A stretch of 64,000 bases of DNA. It comes from Octopus sinensis. Taxonomy: Eukaryota. A program made the translations under genes and the position numbers. Positions 40,440 through 53,394 of this stretch are shown here, piece by piece (positions within the stretch are counted from its first letter, which is position 1; each line of letters begins with the position of its first letter). The notes beneath the pieces are model-generated. The model had not been told where the DNA came from. It searched no databases and was given only the letters and a program-made list of their open reading frames with translations. The stretch spans positions 1 through 64,000 of the forward strand of contig NW_021832860.1 of NCBI RefSeq assembly GCF_006345805.1, in the 5' to 3' direction.

Positions 40440-41845
40440 GCCATTTTGTTCTCTTTGCAATCTTCTCAGACCGCCTGGAATTCTCTTCATCATTGGTGTA
40501 AAATAATTTTAAAGAGCCATCCCACACAACAATTTCCTCTCTGCTGAACACTTGACCCATACCAACTCTGATTTATGAAAAAGCTTAAGAGAGCCAAAAA
40601 TAGATCATAATTTGTTTCCTATCGTGTCTATTTTGAAGTAGCAATTTTATGCCAGCTCGCTGGAGTCATCCATTAACTCTATGACGTATTTATGGACGAT
40701 GACTTTGGTGTCATCTCACTTATTTTCTGGATTAACCAGAATTAAGCTAGACGACTTTGTTTTACTTCTTTGTAATATTCTCCCGGAACTTAAATTTGTC
40801 AGGAATATCTCTTCATTTCGTCCATTTTCTCCTATTTCTCACTTTCCTCAACAGTCATTTATCCAACCATGTGTACTAAAACCATATCAATAGCTAAATA
40901 TTTAATAATCAGTATTTTGTCTTACCGGAAACAGATCCCATCAACCGTTTACTTCTTTTATTTCTGCCACAAAGCCATTCACAGAAATAATTCCGGTTCG
41001 TCTTGAGACAGCAGGAAATAATCTCTGCCAATTTGGCTCATGCCATCTTCCCTTATCTGAACAGGCGATAATAGTAGACCAACCCCTCCTCCACTTCTGT
41101 TAAATTTGAGCAGAAAGACAGAATTTCGTATTCATAACTTTCCAATTATATTTTGTACCATGGGCAAAACATTCTCTGAAACATTTATTTTCTGCAACGG
41201 CTCCCCATCTTTGTCAATGGCGTCGGACGGGTGACAAATTTGCTTCATAAATATGTGGCTTCAGTTTCAATTCCATTGCACATATCTTTGGGCAAGTATC
41301 TTCTAAAATAGATGCAGGTTGACAACAGATTTGTAAATGAAACTTGATTAACAGAGACTTGCACGGAAGCCCTTCAAATATATTTTTTGTGTTACTGTCC
41401 AGCAGACATTATCTTTTGCCTGGATTAATATCATCTTCTAGGCTTTGGGTTCATTTAGCAGAGTCCATTCTGCTAAAATTATGCGAGTAAGTTCTCTTAT
41501 GTGAGATTAATGCTTCTCTCTCCTTCGAACTTGTCTCAAAAGTCCCTGAAAGTGTCAGGAACGATGTCCTTACTTCTCAATGCAATAAACTGATATATAT
41601 ATTTTTTCTCTTAGAAACTACAACCGACTTCATGTTATCTTCTCTTTCCCAAGTACCAAACTTTAAAACCGTTCAGTCTAATAGTTTGTACTTGATCCAT
41701 CAAGTCCAATGCCTCGCATACAATTCCATGTAACCAGGAATTGTAGATGGCTCAAGTCTTGTTTGATTCATGAGAAAATTTTATTACGCGGCACTAGTTT
41801 GGTGACTGATCCATCGCTCATTTCTAAACCATTCGTTCTGTGACC
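40440..41845 (+). pseudogene. Decayed Penelope-like element (Neptune-like RT; GIY-YIG relic), interrupted by an old SINE B at ~41225-41400
   Basis: LFIIGVK*F*RAIPHNN (LFTMDVKSLYTxIPH), VYFE..LYDVFMDDDFGVIS (RYIDD), LDDFVLLLCNILPELKF (FLNxxHPxLKFT), FGD*SIAHF*TIR. Confidence 0.7.
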
Positions 41846-41850
41846 TATAA

Positions 41851-42070
41851 TAGAGAGGATGCTGAAAGTTTCTGGCTTTAAGGATGTCGCGAAAGGCCTG
41901 GTTGCAGTTCCAAACTTCCAAGTTCTTTTACAAGGCTTAGAAAAACTGTAACACCACTGAAATAACTGTGTGAGTCTGACAGGAGATTATGCTGAATAAA
42001 ATCATAATTAACTGATCCTCCTGCCTTTTCTTTTACTCAAAGTCAGGAACTTTTCTGTATCCCTTCTTAC
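41851..42070 (+). mobile_element. mariner-derived MITE
   Basis: TIRs GAGAGGATGCTGAAAGTTTCTGGCTTT / AAAGTCAGGAACTTTTCTGTATCCCTTC; internal FLQGLEKL..NCVSLTGDYAE*. Confidence 0.75.
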
Positions 42071-42313
42071 ATCAGTTCACCGAGATATTCTACAGAATAT
42101 AACATATCGTACAATGCAGGATTAATGCTATGTTTTCTCTTATAATTAATAACAGCGAAAACCTTTTCTCTCTTGCCTTTCCCCGTGTTCTCTAAGTTTG
42201 GTTTTGTGTTTTTTTTTCTTTTCACTTTCTTATTAAAAGGTTGGGCTTCACCTTCCTTTTCTCTCCTCGATCCTCATTCTACCTTCGCAGTTATTTATAT
42301 TCATCTGATCCTT

Positions 42314-42374
<61 letters not shown>

Positions 42375-42792
42375 TACTGTTTTGGTCTCTTGAATTATTC
42401 TGACAATCACTACTATTTCCGTTTTTTTTCTCTTCCTCATAATCTGTGTTTCTCTCTCTCTCTCTCTCTCTCTCTCCCTCTCTTTCTCTCGTTGTCATAC
42501 TCATTTACACTGTCAGTCTTTCTTTCCATTCTCCCAAGACAGACAGTCCACAGAACAGTATAACTCTGTTGCTGTGATGACTCGTTAACAAATCTCCAAT
42601 TATAGATTTTGCTATTATTGAGGAGTGGCAGAATCGTTAGAGCATCAGATAAATTCCGTCGCATTATTTATTCCGGTATTACACGTTCTTAGTTCAAATC
42701 TCGCCGAGGTCAATTATGCTTTTATCCTTGCGGGGGCTATTAAATAAAGAACAACTGAAGTCGTGGAATCGATGGTATCCACTTAATCCACT

Positions 42793-43016
42793 GGCGGCGA
42801 GCTGGCAGAAACGTTAGCACGCCGAGCGAAATTCGTAGCCGTATTTCGTCTGGCATTACGTTCAAATTCCGCCGAGGTCGACTTTACCTTTCATCCATTC
42901 GGGGTCGATAAATAAAGTATCAGTTACGCACTGGGGTCGATGTAATCGACTTAATACCTATGTCTGTCCTTGTTTGTTCCCTCCATATTTAGCCCCTTGT
43001 GGGTAATAAAGAAATA
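42793..43016 (+). mobile_element. Young SINE family A nested in an older SINE A
   Basis: TSD GGTATCCACTTAATCCAC. Confidence 0.92.
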
Positions 43017-44339
43017 GGTATCCACTTAATCCACCTCTCCGACTCATTGCCCTTCTTCTTGAATTAGAAACTAACGTTTCAGTAATTTTAATCTAGCGTT
43101 GGGCAATAGAGTTAAATTACATATTTTCTGGGAGTCGGTCGGCACTAAACCCCGCGACGAAAGTAGACAGGTTTGATACCATACGGCCAGTCAGTTGCAC
43201 ACTTGATTTTATCCTTATCAAAGTTATTGCTGTGTTTATATAAATACATGTTGGGGATATACATCCAAGACATATTTTGTGATTTTATTTGCATCTCTGC
43301 CTGTTTCGGATAATATCTTAAACGGAACATCTTCATCCAAGCAATGTCACTAATTCCGAAAGTTTTCTTCTCTAATTGAATTTATTTCTACAAATCAATT
43401 TATTTCACAGATCAAATATAGATAGTTAATACTTTAAACAAACACCAGTTACGATATTTAGATTTAGGATGCATTATAAGACCGAGGAAGATATTTTGAT
43501 AAAGTGTATTAATCTCTCTCAAATAAACATCTTAAAATGTTTTAATGCCTGTATGTCTCTGAGAAGCCACTGAACACTTACTGGCAGTAGGAACACTTAT
43601 CGCAAATAATCTAATACTATATTCACATAACCATTCGACTTCTACATAATTATCGCAGAATATAATCTGACAGAAACTAAGCAAAACAAAAAAATTTCGG
43701 AAGGTGGAAAATGTTAATACGCTTTAGACGGGCTTTAAGGAAATCCGAAAGAATTAAAGGTCGAATATTACAGTTGAGTCTGTTACGTTTAGCTCTATAT
43801 CAAAAATTTTGTCTCAGCCATCAAATCATAGGTTTGTACTTGTCTGCCAAGTAACTTGACCTGAGACATTGAATCAAAACTGGAAATTTTATTTTATTTA
43901 TTTACAACACACATGTTAAATTGTTAAATTCCTTTTCCATTCATTTAGTGACATGCCAATATTTTCGTCACGCTGTTGTAACTTGGTCACGGACAAACAC
44001 CCACTGCAACTGTAATTTATCTTTTGTTACTTTCAGACGTGCGTGTCTGGTGTGTAGACATTTTTGACCTTTTGACACTATAAGTAATTTCTATGATCTA
44101 TTCTTATGTCTGTTTATAAACTTGTATCGTTATTGTTATTCTTCTTTTTCTTTTTCTCTTTTTACCCACTTTTACCATAATGGCTGGCTGAAAATATGCT
44201 TACATCGTTCGCTATGTGCCTATATCAAGCATTTTTGGTGTATTTTCTTATTGTACGAATCTATAAACACTGGATTCAGGGTGAAAATATTTCATTTTGA
44301 TGATGTGGGTTGAAGCAATTGGTGGGGTAAATATGATTT

Positions 44340-44530
44340 CAAATTTTGGCACAAAGCCAGCAATTTCGTGGGAGGAGTAAGTATCAACTGCAGGGCACAA
44401 CTGGTACTTATTTTATCTATCTCGAAAGGATGAAAGGCAAAGTCGACCCCGGCAGCATTTGAACCGGGAACATACAGACGGACGAACTGTTGCTAAGCCT
44501 TTTGCGTAATGTGCTAACGATTCTGCCATT
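44340..44530 (-). mobile_element. SINE family A (short form)
   Basis: Consensus match. Confidence 0.75.
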
Positions 44531-45391
44531 AGGGCTAAATATTAATTTAGAAATATGACCAGAGAGGAAATCGCAATCATGTGTGTGTGTCTGTGTGTGT
44601 GTGTGTCTGTGTGTGTGTGTCTGTGTGTGTGTCTTTGTGTGTGTGTGTCTTTGAACATATATGCCCATGTACACATATACACACAGACATGTATTTGAAG
44701 CTGATTAAAGGAGAAACAGGGAAATATGAACATCTTGAGAATGGTATATTTGTATTATCCTATATGAACATAGGGTTGTGATTGAGTATGGACACTGGTC
44801 TAGAAAAAGATTTACTGATCATAACAATGTAACACGTTAAGAAAACGTAAACACGTACACTAAGTTTATTAATTGAATCATGGGTTTATTTAGTGCGTGC
44901 TGGAAAAATGTGGAAATAGGATTTCATTCAGGATTCTTGTTCCGGTTCTCTGAATATATTAGTAGCGCTCAGAGCTGCCGAGAGGTAGCGTAAATTTCAA
45001 AGAGGCTTACCCATGGTTCTCTCTGGTACCGTATTCAGTATTCTTTCTCACTTCCAAATTGATATGTGGATTTATGGTACATTTTTTACAACTATTTTCA
45101 CGCCTGTTATTATCGTAATGGTAGAACTTATAGCAGATCAATTTGATGGATCTTCATTTTTTTTCTTCTACGAGTTCAATCTTGAGTTGTGCTTCTCAGA
45201 GGAAACGTTCACATTTGTTAGGTGATAAATTTATTGCGTGCACCTTCTACAAACATAACATTATCATACTTACCGTCACTGTATCATGTTCGGACTTTGA
45301 TTATCTTATTGTTTTAATCCATAACAACTCTATTTCAAAAGTTGCTACAATATAACTGGAAAGTTTCTTCGGCAATTATTTTTTTATTTAT

Positions 45392-45695
45392 CTATGCGCC
45401 CTTTTCAAGCCTATCTAGGCTCATGGACCCGGTTTCCCGGTTTCTATGGCGTATGTGTTCCGCCCCAGCTGGACAGGACGCCAGTCCATCGCAGCGTTAC
45501 TCAAGAAACAAGAAGAAGGAGTGAGAGAAAGTTGGGGCGAAATAGTACAGCAGGGATCGCCACTACCCCCTGCCGGAGCCTCGTGGAGCTTCAAGTGTTT
45601 TCGCTCAATAAACACACATAACGCCCAGTCTGGGAATCGAAACCGCAATCCCTCGACCGCGAGTTCGCTGCCCTAACCACTGGGCCATTGCGCCT
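45392..45695 (-). mobile_element. tRNA-derived SINE family C with V-domain-like segment
   Basis: Head GGCGCAATGGCCCAGTGGTTAGGG...GTTTCGATTCCC; body CTGCGATGGACTGGCGTCCTGTCCAG. Confidence 0.8.
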
Positions 45696-46523
45696 CTTTT
45701 TTCAGCAATATATATATTCTAAAATATTTTATTTATTTCCCTAAGTGTGTCTTTCTGTGTGTAAACAAAAGGATTTTGGTAGATAAAATACTGACTGATT
45801 TTTTTCTGGTTTTGGGACTGAAATATCGGGGTCATGTTCCACATCACTTTTGTTAAATTGCAAAGATTTGCAAGGAAATTAAGTTAGTAATTAGGGAGCA
45901 GCGGTGTGACGAAAATTTTGATACGTCATGAAATGAATGAAAACTGAATATAAAAGCTTTTGTGTTCTTTCAAATAGTGATGCATACTCTCCTATTTAAT
46001 AGCATCCAAATATTACTTCATGTAAAATTTTAAATTAATTTATTTAACACCACTCTCTTTTAATCCACTCGTATAAACTGCTCGTGTGGGTTTTAAAACT
46101 TTAGCTCTACGTCAGCTGAATAACAAGATAAATAAATGCAATGTTTGTGGTTAAGATACAAATTTAACGTCAACTGATATCAAACAGTTTTGTTTCATAA
46201 CAAAAAAAAAGAAAACTTATTTTTTCCACCCACGTTAATCACGTGTTATTTGAAGAATTCACGAGGGGAACATTTCCTGAATGGGCAATGGTAATTGATT
46301 TTTCTGTTGTGAAATGGATATCTAAATTGTGAAGACATATTTGATTACTGCCGGAAGTGAACCAATTCCAATTTATCATCGGATAGAGCCAGAAAATTAA
46401 TTACTAAAATCTTTCTTCAAAATGTAAATAAATTTCTGCAATAACGTCTGACTTTTAGAAAGCTGAGTAAGAACACATCAATATTGTTACATGGCTATAG
46501 AATTTTAGTGTGCCTTAAACAAT

Positions 46524-46569
<46 letters not shown>

Positions 46570-46571
46570 TA

Positions 46572-47037
46572 AGATAGAGAAATTAAGGCCAACAGACCTA
46601 GATAGAGAAATTAAGGCCAACAGACCAGATATAGTTGTCAGAGATCATGAAGAAAAAAAATGCTTTCTAATTGATGTATCAATACCGGCAGATGACAACG
46701 TGTCTCTAAAAGAAATGGAGAAACTCTCAAAATACAAAGACCTGGAAATAGAGGTAACTAGAATGTGGAACCTGAAAACAGAAACAATTCCTATCATAGT
46801 AGGTGCATTAGGCATGATAAAAAAATATTCAGACAAATACATAACAAAAACACCAGGACTTACAAACACATATAACATACAGAAAATTGCACTACTAGGC
46901 ACTGCACACATCCTACGCAGAACACTTTCCATACAATAACCATCAGAGCATCACAACAAATCACAGCACATACCCAAGGCACACAGAGCTGCGCTCGGTA
47001 GTGAAGTGAAAGCACGCTATAAAAATAAAACTACTGA
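46572..47037 (+). mobile_element. R4/Dong-like LINE, 5'-truncated, open REL endonuclease ORF end, in (TAA)n
   Basis: ANRPDIVVRD..CFLIDVSIPAD..EMEKLSKYKDL..IPIIVGALG..QKIALLGTAHILRR; stop at 46939. Confidence 0.93.
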
Positions 47038-47073
47038 ATAATAATAATAATAATAAATGTTCTCCTCGCCGCC

Positions 47074-47137
<64 letters not shown>

Positions 47138-47139
<2 letters not shown>

Positions 47140-47365
47140 GTGCAAAAAATCGTGTTAACTGGAACGACTCATGTACTTAGAAGAGCATTATCGCTGTGAA
47201 AACAACATCCATTCATGAATTTATTTATTAATAATTTTTTTTAAATACATATTTTTACCTGTGAATTTGCGCGTGTAATCTGGGAATGCATACAATGAGC
47301 TTCTCTGCCCTACGTGTACGGAAAACACCCGGCGAGAAATGGAAGAAAATTTGAAGAAAGAAGGA
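47138..47365 (+). mobile_element. Second R4/Dong-like LINE 3' end
   Basis: VQKIVLTGTTHVLRRALSL* plus UTR, between TAA tracts. Confidence 0.75.
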
Positions 47366-47397
47366 AAGTGATGATGATGATGGTAATGATAATGATG

Positions 47398-47470
<73 letters not shown>

Positions 47471-47946
47471 TAATAATAATAAACGACTTCATGACAAAAT
47501 TTGACATAGGGCTGATAGAAACATTGAAATCATTACCTGGCCATGAACCAATGGTCTTTTTATCTGGGAAGAAACGAAGTATTGTCTCTGTGTCAGCTTT
47601 GCACAAATCTATGGCTTCAAATCAGCATCTAATTCTCGTCGATTGTTTCAAAATGTAGAGTAATTTTTTCTCTTTAGACGGAAGACTTAAAATTTCAGTA
47701 TACATATACGCTTATTTAATTGCTGGATAAGTGTATGTATGTATGTATGTATGTATGTATGTATGTATGTATGTATGTATGTATGTGTGTGTGTGTGTAT
47801 GTATGTGTGTGTGTATGTATGTATGTATGTATGTATGTATGTATGTGTGTGTGTGTATGTATGTATGTATGTATGTATGTGTGTGTGTATGTATGCACGT
47901 ATGTATGTATGTATGTATGTATGTATGTATGTATGTATGTATGTAT

Positions 47947-48152
47947 GAAAAAGAGGCAATTTCTACTCTTCTCCCCTGGAAGCCATCAACTCGCAATACC
48001 AGAGGGCGCACACTCTCCTACCCCGATGTAATCTCCAGGGATACAGGCATCCAGCAACAGGACCTCCGTAATGTCATGATAGACCGTGAAGTCTGGCGTA
48101 GCATGGTAAATTCCATTGTCTCGACCACGGTCGAACAATGATGATGATGATG
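47947..48152 (+). mobile_element. RTE-like LINE 3' end in (TATG)n
   Basis: LLPWKPS..RGRTLSYPDVISRDTG..DLRNVMIDREVWR*; (TGA)n tail. Confidence 0.8.
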
Positions 48153-48371
48153 TATGTATGTATGTATGTATACTTTATTTGCGTGTTAACAAGGCAAATC
48201 AACGTTTTAAGTTGAATAAATCTTCACAAATTTTCAAGCATGCTACTTGGAAGAATTGCTAGCCATATCCATCCTGAATCCACCAGTAGAGTCTTGAGCA
48301 CTCATCCTCACTGTTTGACAGCGTGTGTGTGTTTGTGTGTGTGTGTAGGTGTATATATATATATATATATA

Positions 48372-48642
48372 AATTACGTGATCACGTGACCGACCAGACT
48401 ATCTGGTATTGTTACACATCACTGGTCACAATGCGCTTTGCATTGTTTGACTCAATCAAATTACGCCACCCCGCTGGCTAGGTGAGCAGACCAGCGTCCT
48501 CCTTTGATCCCGTTGCACTGGAGCAACGTGAAATGAGGTCTTTAGCTTAAGAACACAGTAGGCTCCCCTGTCTGGGTATCGAACCCATGATCGCGAGATC
48601 GTGAGTGCAACAGACTAACCCCCATTAGGCCACGTGCCTTCA
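48372..48642 (-). mobile_element. tRNA-derived SINE (further family)
   Basis: Minus head GAAGGCACGTGGCCTAAT..GGGTTCGATACC. Confidence 0.65.
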
Positions 48643-48860
48643 TATACATGGGTTTTTCCAATATGATGACGGTACTGGTCAAGTGAGAGCACAAATATCA
48701 AGAAGCACTTCGTTCCGTATTTGTACGGAATGTCATTCAATTGACTTCTCTGATTTCGTCGACTATCGCCGGCTTTGTGCCGGAAACATTATCTCTAAAG
48801 TTGTCCCATTAACAAGTTTAATGGGGTGAGACCCCGACAACAATGGCGGTATTCTACTTA

Positions 48861-49092
48861 GGGCGGCGAGCTGGCAGAATCGTTAGCAAGCCGGGCTAAA
48901 TGCGTAACCGTATTTCGTCTGCCGTTACGTTCTGCGTTCAAATTCCGCCGAGGTCGACTTTGCCTTTCATCCTTTCGGGGTCGATTAAATAAGTACCAGT
49001 TACGCACTGGGGTCGATATACTCGATTTAATCTGTTTGTCTGTCCTTCTTCCTCCTCTCTGTGTTTAGCGCCTTGTGGGTAGTAAAGAAATA
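48861..49092 (+). mobile_element. SINE family A
   Basis: Full copy; TSD GGTATTCTACT. Confidence 0.92.
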
Positions 49093-49489
49093 GGTATTCT
49101 ACTGACCCCGTTGTTACACTACTCTTGTTTAGCAAAATCTCATCAAGGCAACTGCTTACATTACTATTGTACAATGGGGGCGGCTGCTCTAACTTCCTGG
49201 GAACATAACTCTACATCTTCAAATCCTCTTGATTGGTTGGCATGATAGATTGTCACACTGATTTCAAGTAAACGTTATTCGTCAATTTACCGACAAAACA
49301 AGAATGGTCCAATTAACCATTTTGATGATAATATGTTCTATACTATAATTCCTGGTATATTCACATGATGTTCCTTCACAATATGCGGATTTTCGACTCT
49401 CCGATAACGGGGTGCAACTGTGGTGGCTAATTTGAGTTAAATGTAACCTCAAAACCCAACACAATTTCTTTTGGGGAAATCTTTCATCG

Positions 49490-49915
49490 TTTACTTGTTT
49501 CAGTCATTACACTGCATCCATGTTGGATTACTACCTTCAAAATTTTTTATTCGAATGAATCGATCCCAATACACTTTAACCGTTTTTTTTTTTCAAAGCC
49601 TGGTACTTATTCTATCGGTTTCTTTCACCGAACAACTAAATTACAGGGACGTAAAGACATCAACACCGGCTGTCAAGAAGTGGTGGAAACACACACACGT
49701 GCACGCATACACTCACACACACACACGATGAACTTCTTTCTGCTTCTGTCTACCAAATCTACTCACAAGGCTTTGATTGGGCCGAAGTCGACTTTGCCTT
49801 TCATCCTTTAGGAATCGATGAATCAAGTGCCAGTTGCGTACTGGGGTCTATCTATTTTACTGACCCTCCTCCCACCAAATTCCAGGCCTTGTGCCTATGT
49901 TAGAAAGGATTATTT
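49490..49915. mobile_element. Decayed SINE B (-) fused to a SINE A 3' part (+)
   Basis: Consensus matches. Confidence 0.7.
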
Positions 49916-49976
49916 CTAATGGCTAAATCTGAAAAGAAATGAAAATAAAGTGAATTAGCAGAAATTTAAAAGTGTG

Positions 49977-50008
<32 letters not shown>

Positions 50009-50483
50009 ATAGGCTCTCTGCTATGTGTGTGTGTACGTGCGTGTGTGTGTGTTCAGTGTTTGTGAGTGTGTATGTAAGTGTAAAATAGAAAACAATAATC
50101 AATATTCCGACAAGGTTTTATTGGAGACTTTTGTGCTACACACGCGCGCACGCATAAATTTACATCATATCACAATATTAACAACAGACAATGAAGAAAT
50201 AAGTAATGACAAATGTTTTTGTGCTATAATCGAATTCCAAATAAACAACATAACACCGTATATAACATTTGTACGTCTCTCTTTTTCTTGCAGGCTTCCA
50301 CTCGACACACCACAATTTTAACAACAAACAATGATGGACTATATGCTAGCTACAGAGGCAGTAATTATACCTCGGAGTATTAATACTACCTCTGTCGCTA
50401 ATATAGACTTTTCTCTCAAACCCACTGATTAATCTCTCATGGTATCTACCGTATGGCTTTCTCTAACACAGGGTAAAAATGTT

Positions 50484-50722
50484 AAAGACCCTCCTTCGGC
50501 CATGAATGACCATAGGATTGCACAAGTCCGGGTAAGGTTGTTTATGGAAGATCAGCAGTCGCCCATCTATACCAGCCTCCGCTCTCCACGCCACGAATGT
50601 TATCCAAGTGAAAGGCAAACACCGATACATCTGTAGAAGACACTTGCTCAAGGTGCCACGCGGTGGGACTGAACCCGGAACCATGTGGCTAGTAAGCAAG
50701 CTACTTACCACACAGTGACTCC
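50484..50722 (-). mobile_element. SINE B head adjoining a SINE D tail
   Basis: 50633-50722 matches the B head; 50484-50630 matches 11480-11645. Confidence 0.7.
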
Positions 50723-51059
50723 TTAATACTGTATCTGTCGCAAATAGATATCTTTTCTAGAGCTGACTGGCTAATCGCGACACCAACGCCTATTCTGGCA
50801 CTGTTTTTTTTCTATATATTGCTGGTGGGGAAACGGTTGTGCGCCCATCATTGAGAAAACTAAGGAAGGTAGAAATAACGTGATCTGGTGGTTTCTGCGC
50901 TTGAGGCAGCGGGGATTTACCTCCCTACTAGCGACATAAACAAGAGTGCACTTTGTGCCAAAAGCCAATATGAGATCTTCTCTGGTGGTATCTACCGCAG
51001 TAGGGATTCTTAAAGATTACCTCTCAATAATGAAATAATTTCATCATAATTCTCATTTT

Positions 51060-51370
51060 ATTTATTTCACTCATTAGACTGCAGACATGCAGAGGCGCAA
51101 CCTTGAAGAATTTTTGATCGAATGAATCGACCCCAGAGCATTTTTTAAAGCCTGGTACACATTCTATGGAGTTCTTTTGCCGAACCGCTAAGTTACGTTG
51201 GTGGGGGGCAAAGACACAAAGACACGCGCACAAGATATGTATGGCGGTGCCCCAGCATGGCCACAGCTCGTGAGCTGAAACTACAATCAATCAATCATAT
51301 ACGATAGGATTCTTTCAGTTTTCCTCTACCAAATCCATTCACAATACTTTTATCGGCCCGGGGCTTGCCC
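51060..51370 (-). mobile_element. Decayed SINE B; local ~160-bp tandem duplication follows at 51320-51610
   Basis: Consensus match; repeated TACCAAA.CCATTCACAAT...GTTGTACTAAAATGAT. Confidence 0.65.
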
Positions 51371-51986
51371 ACGGTGTCATGTTGCTTCTAAACAATTGTA
51401 CAGTTTTACAACAATACAATATTTCATGATAGTTGTACTAAAATGATTCTACGGAACAACATAATTGCCGCCAAACAGTGTTTTCCTTTACCAAAGCCAT
51501 TCACAATGTTTCTATCGGCCTGGGGCTTGCACAATGTGTCACGAAATTGCTTCTAAACATAATTGTAAGATTTCATGACTGTTGTACTAAAATGATGCTA
51601 CGGTACACAATATTCATGAAATCAACACAAAAGAACTTAATCACTAATAAAAATGTAAGCAAATTCTTTTACAAATTATTTTGCCAAGTTTCTTTCGCTT
51701 GGAACCTAAAGTGAAGCATACTCTATCATTTCTGCTATTGGCACAAGTCCCGAAATATTTGGTGAGGAGGGAGTTAATCGATTATATCGACCCCAGTGCA
51801 AGACTGGTGCTTATTTTATTGACTGTGAAATGAAAAGGCGACCTCGGCGGAACCTGAACTCACAAGGTAAAGTCAGCCGAAATACCACTAAGAATTTAAT
51901 TCTGTGTGCAAATGATTCTGCCAGTTCTCAGTCTTGCAGTGAAGCATAATTATTGCTTTCAGATTTATATATATATCAATATATAT

Positions 51987-52044
<58 letters not shown>

Positions 52045-52207
52045 TGACGCATATTTGCCATTTGAATATGGCTAACCCCATAGGGTGGATGCTACTGTAG
52101 TTTGTAGCCCCAGGAAGATACCTCCTCCAGCTGGCTATAGACACACTATCTGTGCCCTATCAGTATTTGTGAAGGGAAGTCATCCTTCTCGTCTTCAACT
52201 TATGATA

Positions 52208-52252
52208 CACACGGACTCGAGTTTCAAGGTGTTTACCTATCATCAGCGTGTG
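52208..52252 (-). ncRNA. Minimal type I hammerhead ribozyme
   Basis: Exact reverse complement of 52358-52402. Confidence 0.85.
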
Positions 52253-52357
52253 ACAGTCATAGTTGTCGACGAGAATTCAGTTTCCCTCACAAATACATAT
52301 ACTTTTTCCAGTGTCGATTGTGAGGGAAACTGAATTCTCGTCGACAACTGTGATTGT

Positions 52358-52402
52358 CACACGCTGATGATAGGTAAACACCTTGAAACTCGAGTCCGTG
52401 TG
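52358..52402 (+). ncRNA. Minimal type I hammerhead ribozyme
   Basis: CACACG CTGATGA T AGGT AAAC ACCT T GAAAC TCGA GTC CGTGTG; predicted cleavage after C52396. Confidence 0.88.
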
Positions 52403-52681
52403 TATCATAAGTTGAAGACGGGAAGGATGACTTCCCTTCACAAATACTGATAGGGCGCAGATAGTGTGTCTATAGCCAGCTAGAGGAGGTATCTTCCTGA
52501 GGCTACAAACTACAGTAGCATCCACCCTTAGGGGTTAGCCATATTCAAATGGCAAATATGCGTCACGATGTGTTACCGCTACTGTTTATAACTCGCTCTG
52601 AGATTTATCATTGCTTGATTTCACTTTTTCAATATCAGTGTCAATCGACACTGGAAAAAGTATATGTATTTGTGAGGGAAA

Positions 52682-53394
52682 CCGAACTTTTAGAAATAGC
52701 AGCCAAAAAATTTTAGCTACTTCCTCTACTATAAGAAAAGTCTCCCAGACAATGTTTTAAATATACCGTAAATAGTCTTTTTACTTACTGAACACTACTT
52801 GGTAAAATTGATAATTAACAATTAATTAATTTTACCCTTTTATTATTGACAAAATAATTCTTTCTCCCTGATAATAAACTACAGATCCCTCTGTAGGGAC
52901 TTGTTGCTCTATAACTCACGTGGGTGGACGAGGGAGGTTACAGAGTCTCATTCGTACTTTTTGAATTCGTTAATACTAGCGGTCGAAGATGGTTTGTCTG
53001 GGATTACTCATATCAGACGGGTATGTTCGATTTTTAGTGCTCTCAAACCTTGGGCTGATGACGGAAATGTTGATCTCTATATCCAACTAATCCAGAAACG
53101 GCGTTCTCAAGTAATCGATGTACGCGTGATCTTTCGTTATTTTTGCCTCTATACCTACGTGAATTATTTTTGAGTATACATTGTCTGGGAGACTTTTCTT
53201 ATACTAGAGGAAATAGCTAAACTTTTTTGGCTGTTATTTCTAAAAGTTCGGTGTGTGGTAAAGTAAATTATTTCACTGAACCCTAATTATATAACGTAAA
53301 GTTTTAAATATACCGTAAATGGTCTTTTTACATACTGAACACTACTTGGTAAAATTGATAATTAATAATTAATTAATTTTACCCTTTTATTATT

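Larger units (their letters stand above)
52041..52682. mobile_element. Non-coding PLE/retrozyme-like unit: 252-bp inverted arms plus permuted 352-bp monomer
   Basis: Arms 52041-52292 and 52318-52569; TTGTGAGGGAAAC recurs at 52318 and 52670; starts at the edge of (TA)n. Confidence 0.85.

Noticed and set aside
45005-45150. Minus-strand open stretch ending at a GTAAG donor
   Set aside because: In-frame stop upstream, no clear acceptor, no recognisable protein
45640-45695. tRNA-like sequences at SINE heads
   Set aside because: No complete cloverleaf; they continue into SINE bodies
47687-48031. YVCM/HTYI repeat ORFs and the many YI/CV/HT ORFs elsewhere
   Set aside because: Microsatellite translations
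52085-52525. Two near-identical convergent 82-aa ORFs (MDATVVCS...)
   Set aside because: A by-product of the palindrome; antisense to the HHRs, with no recognisable domain
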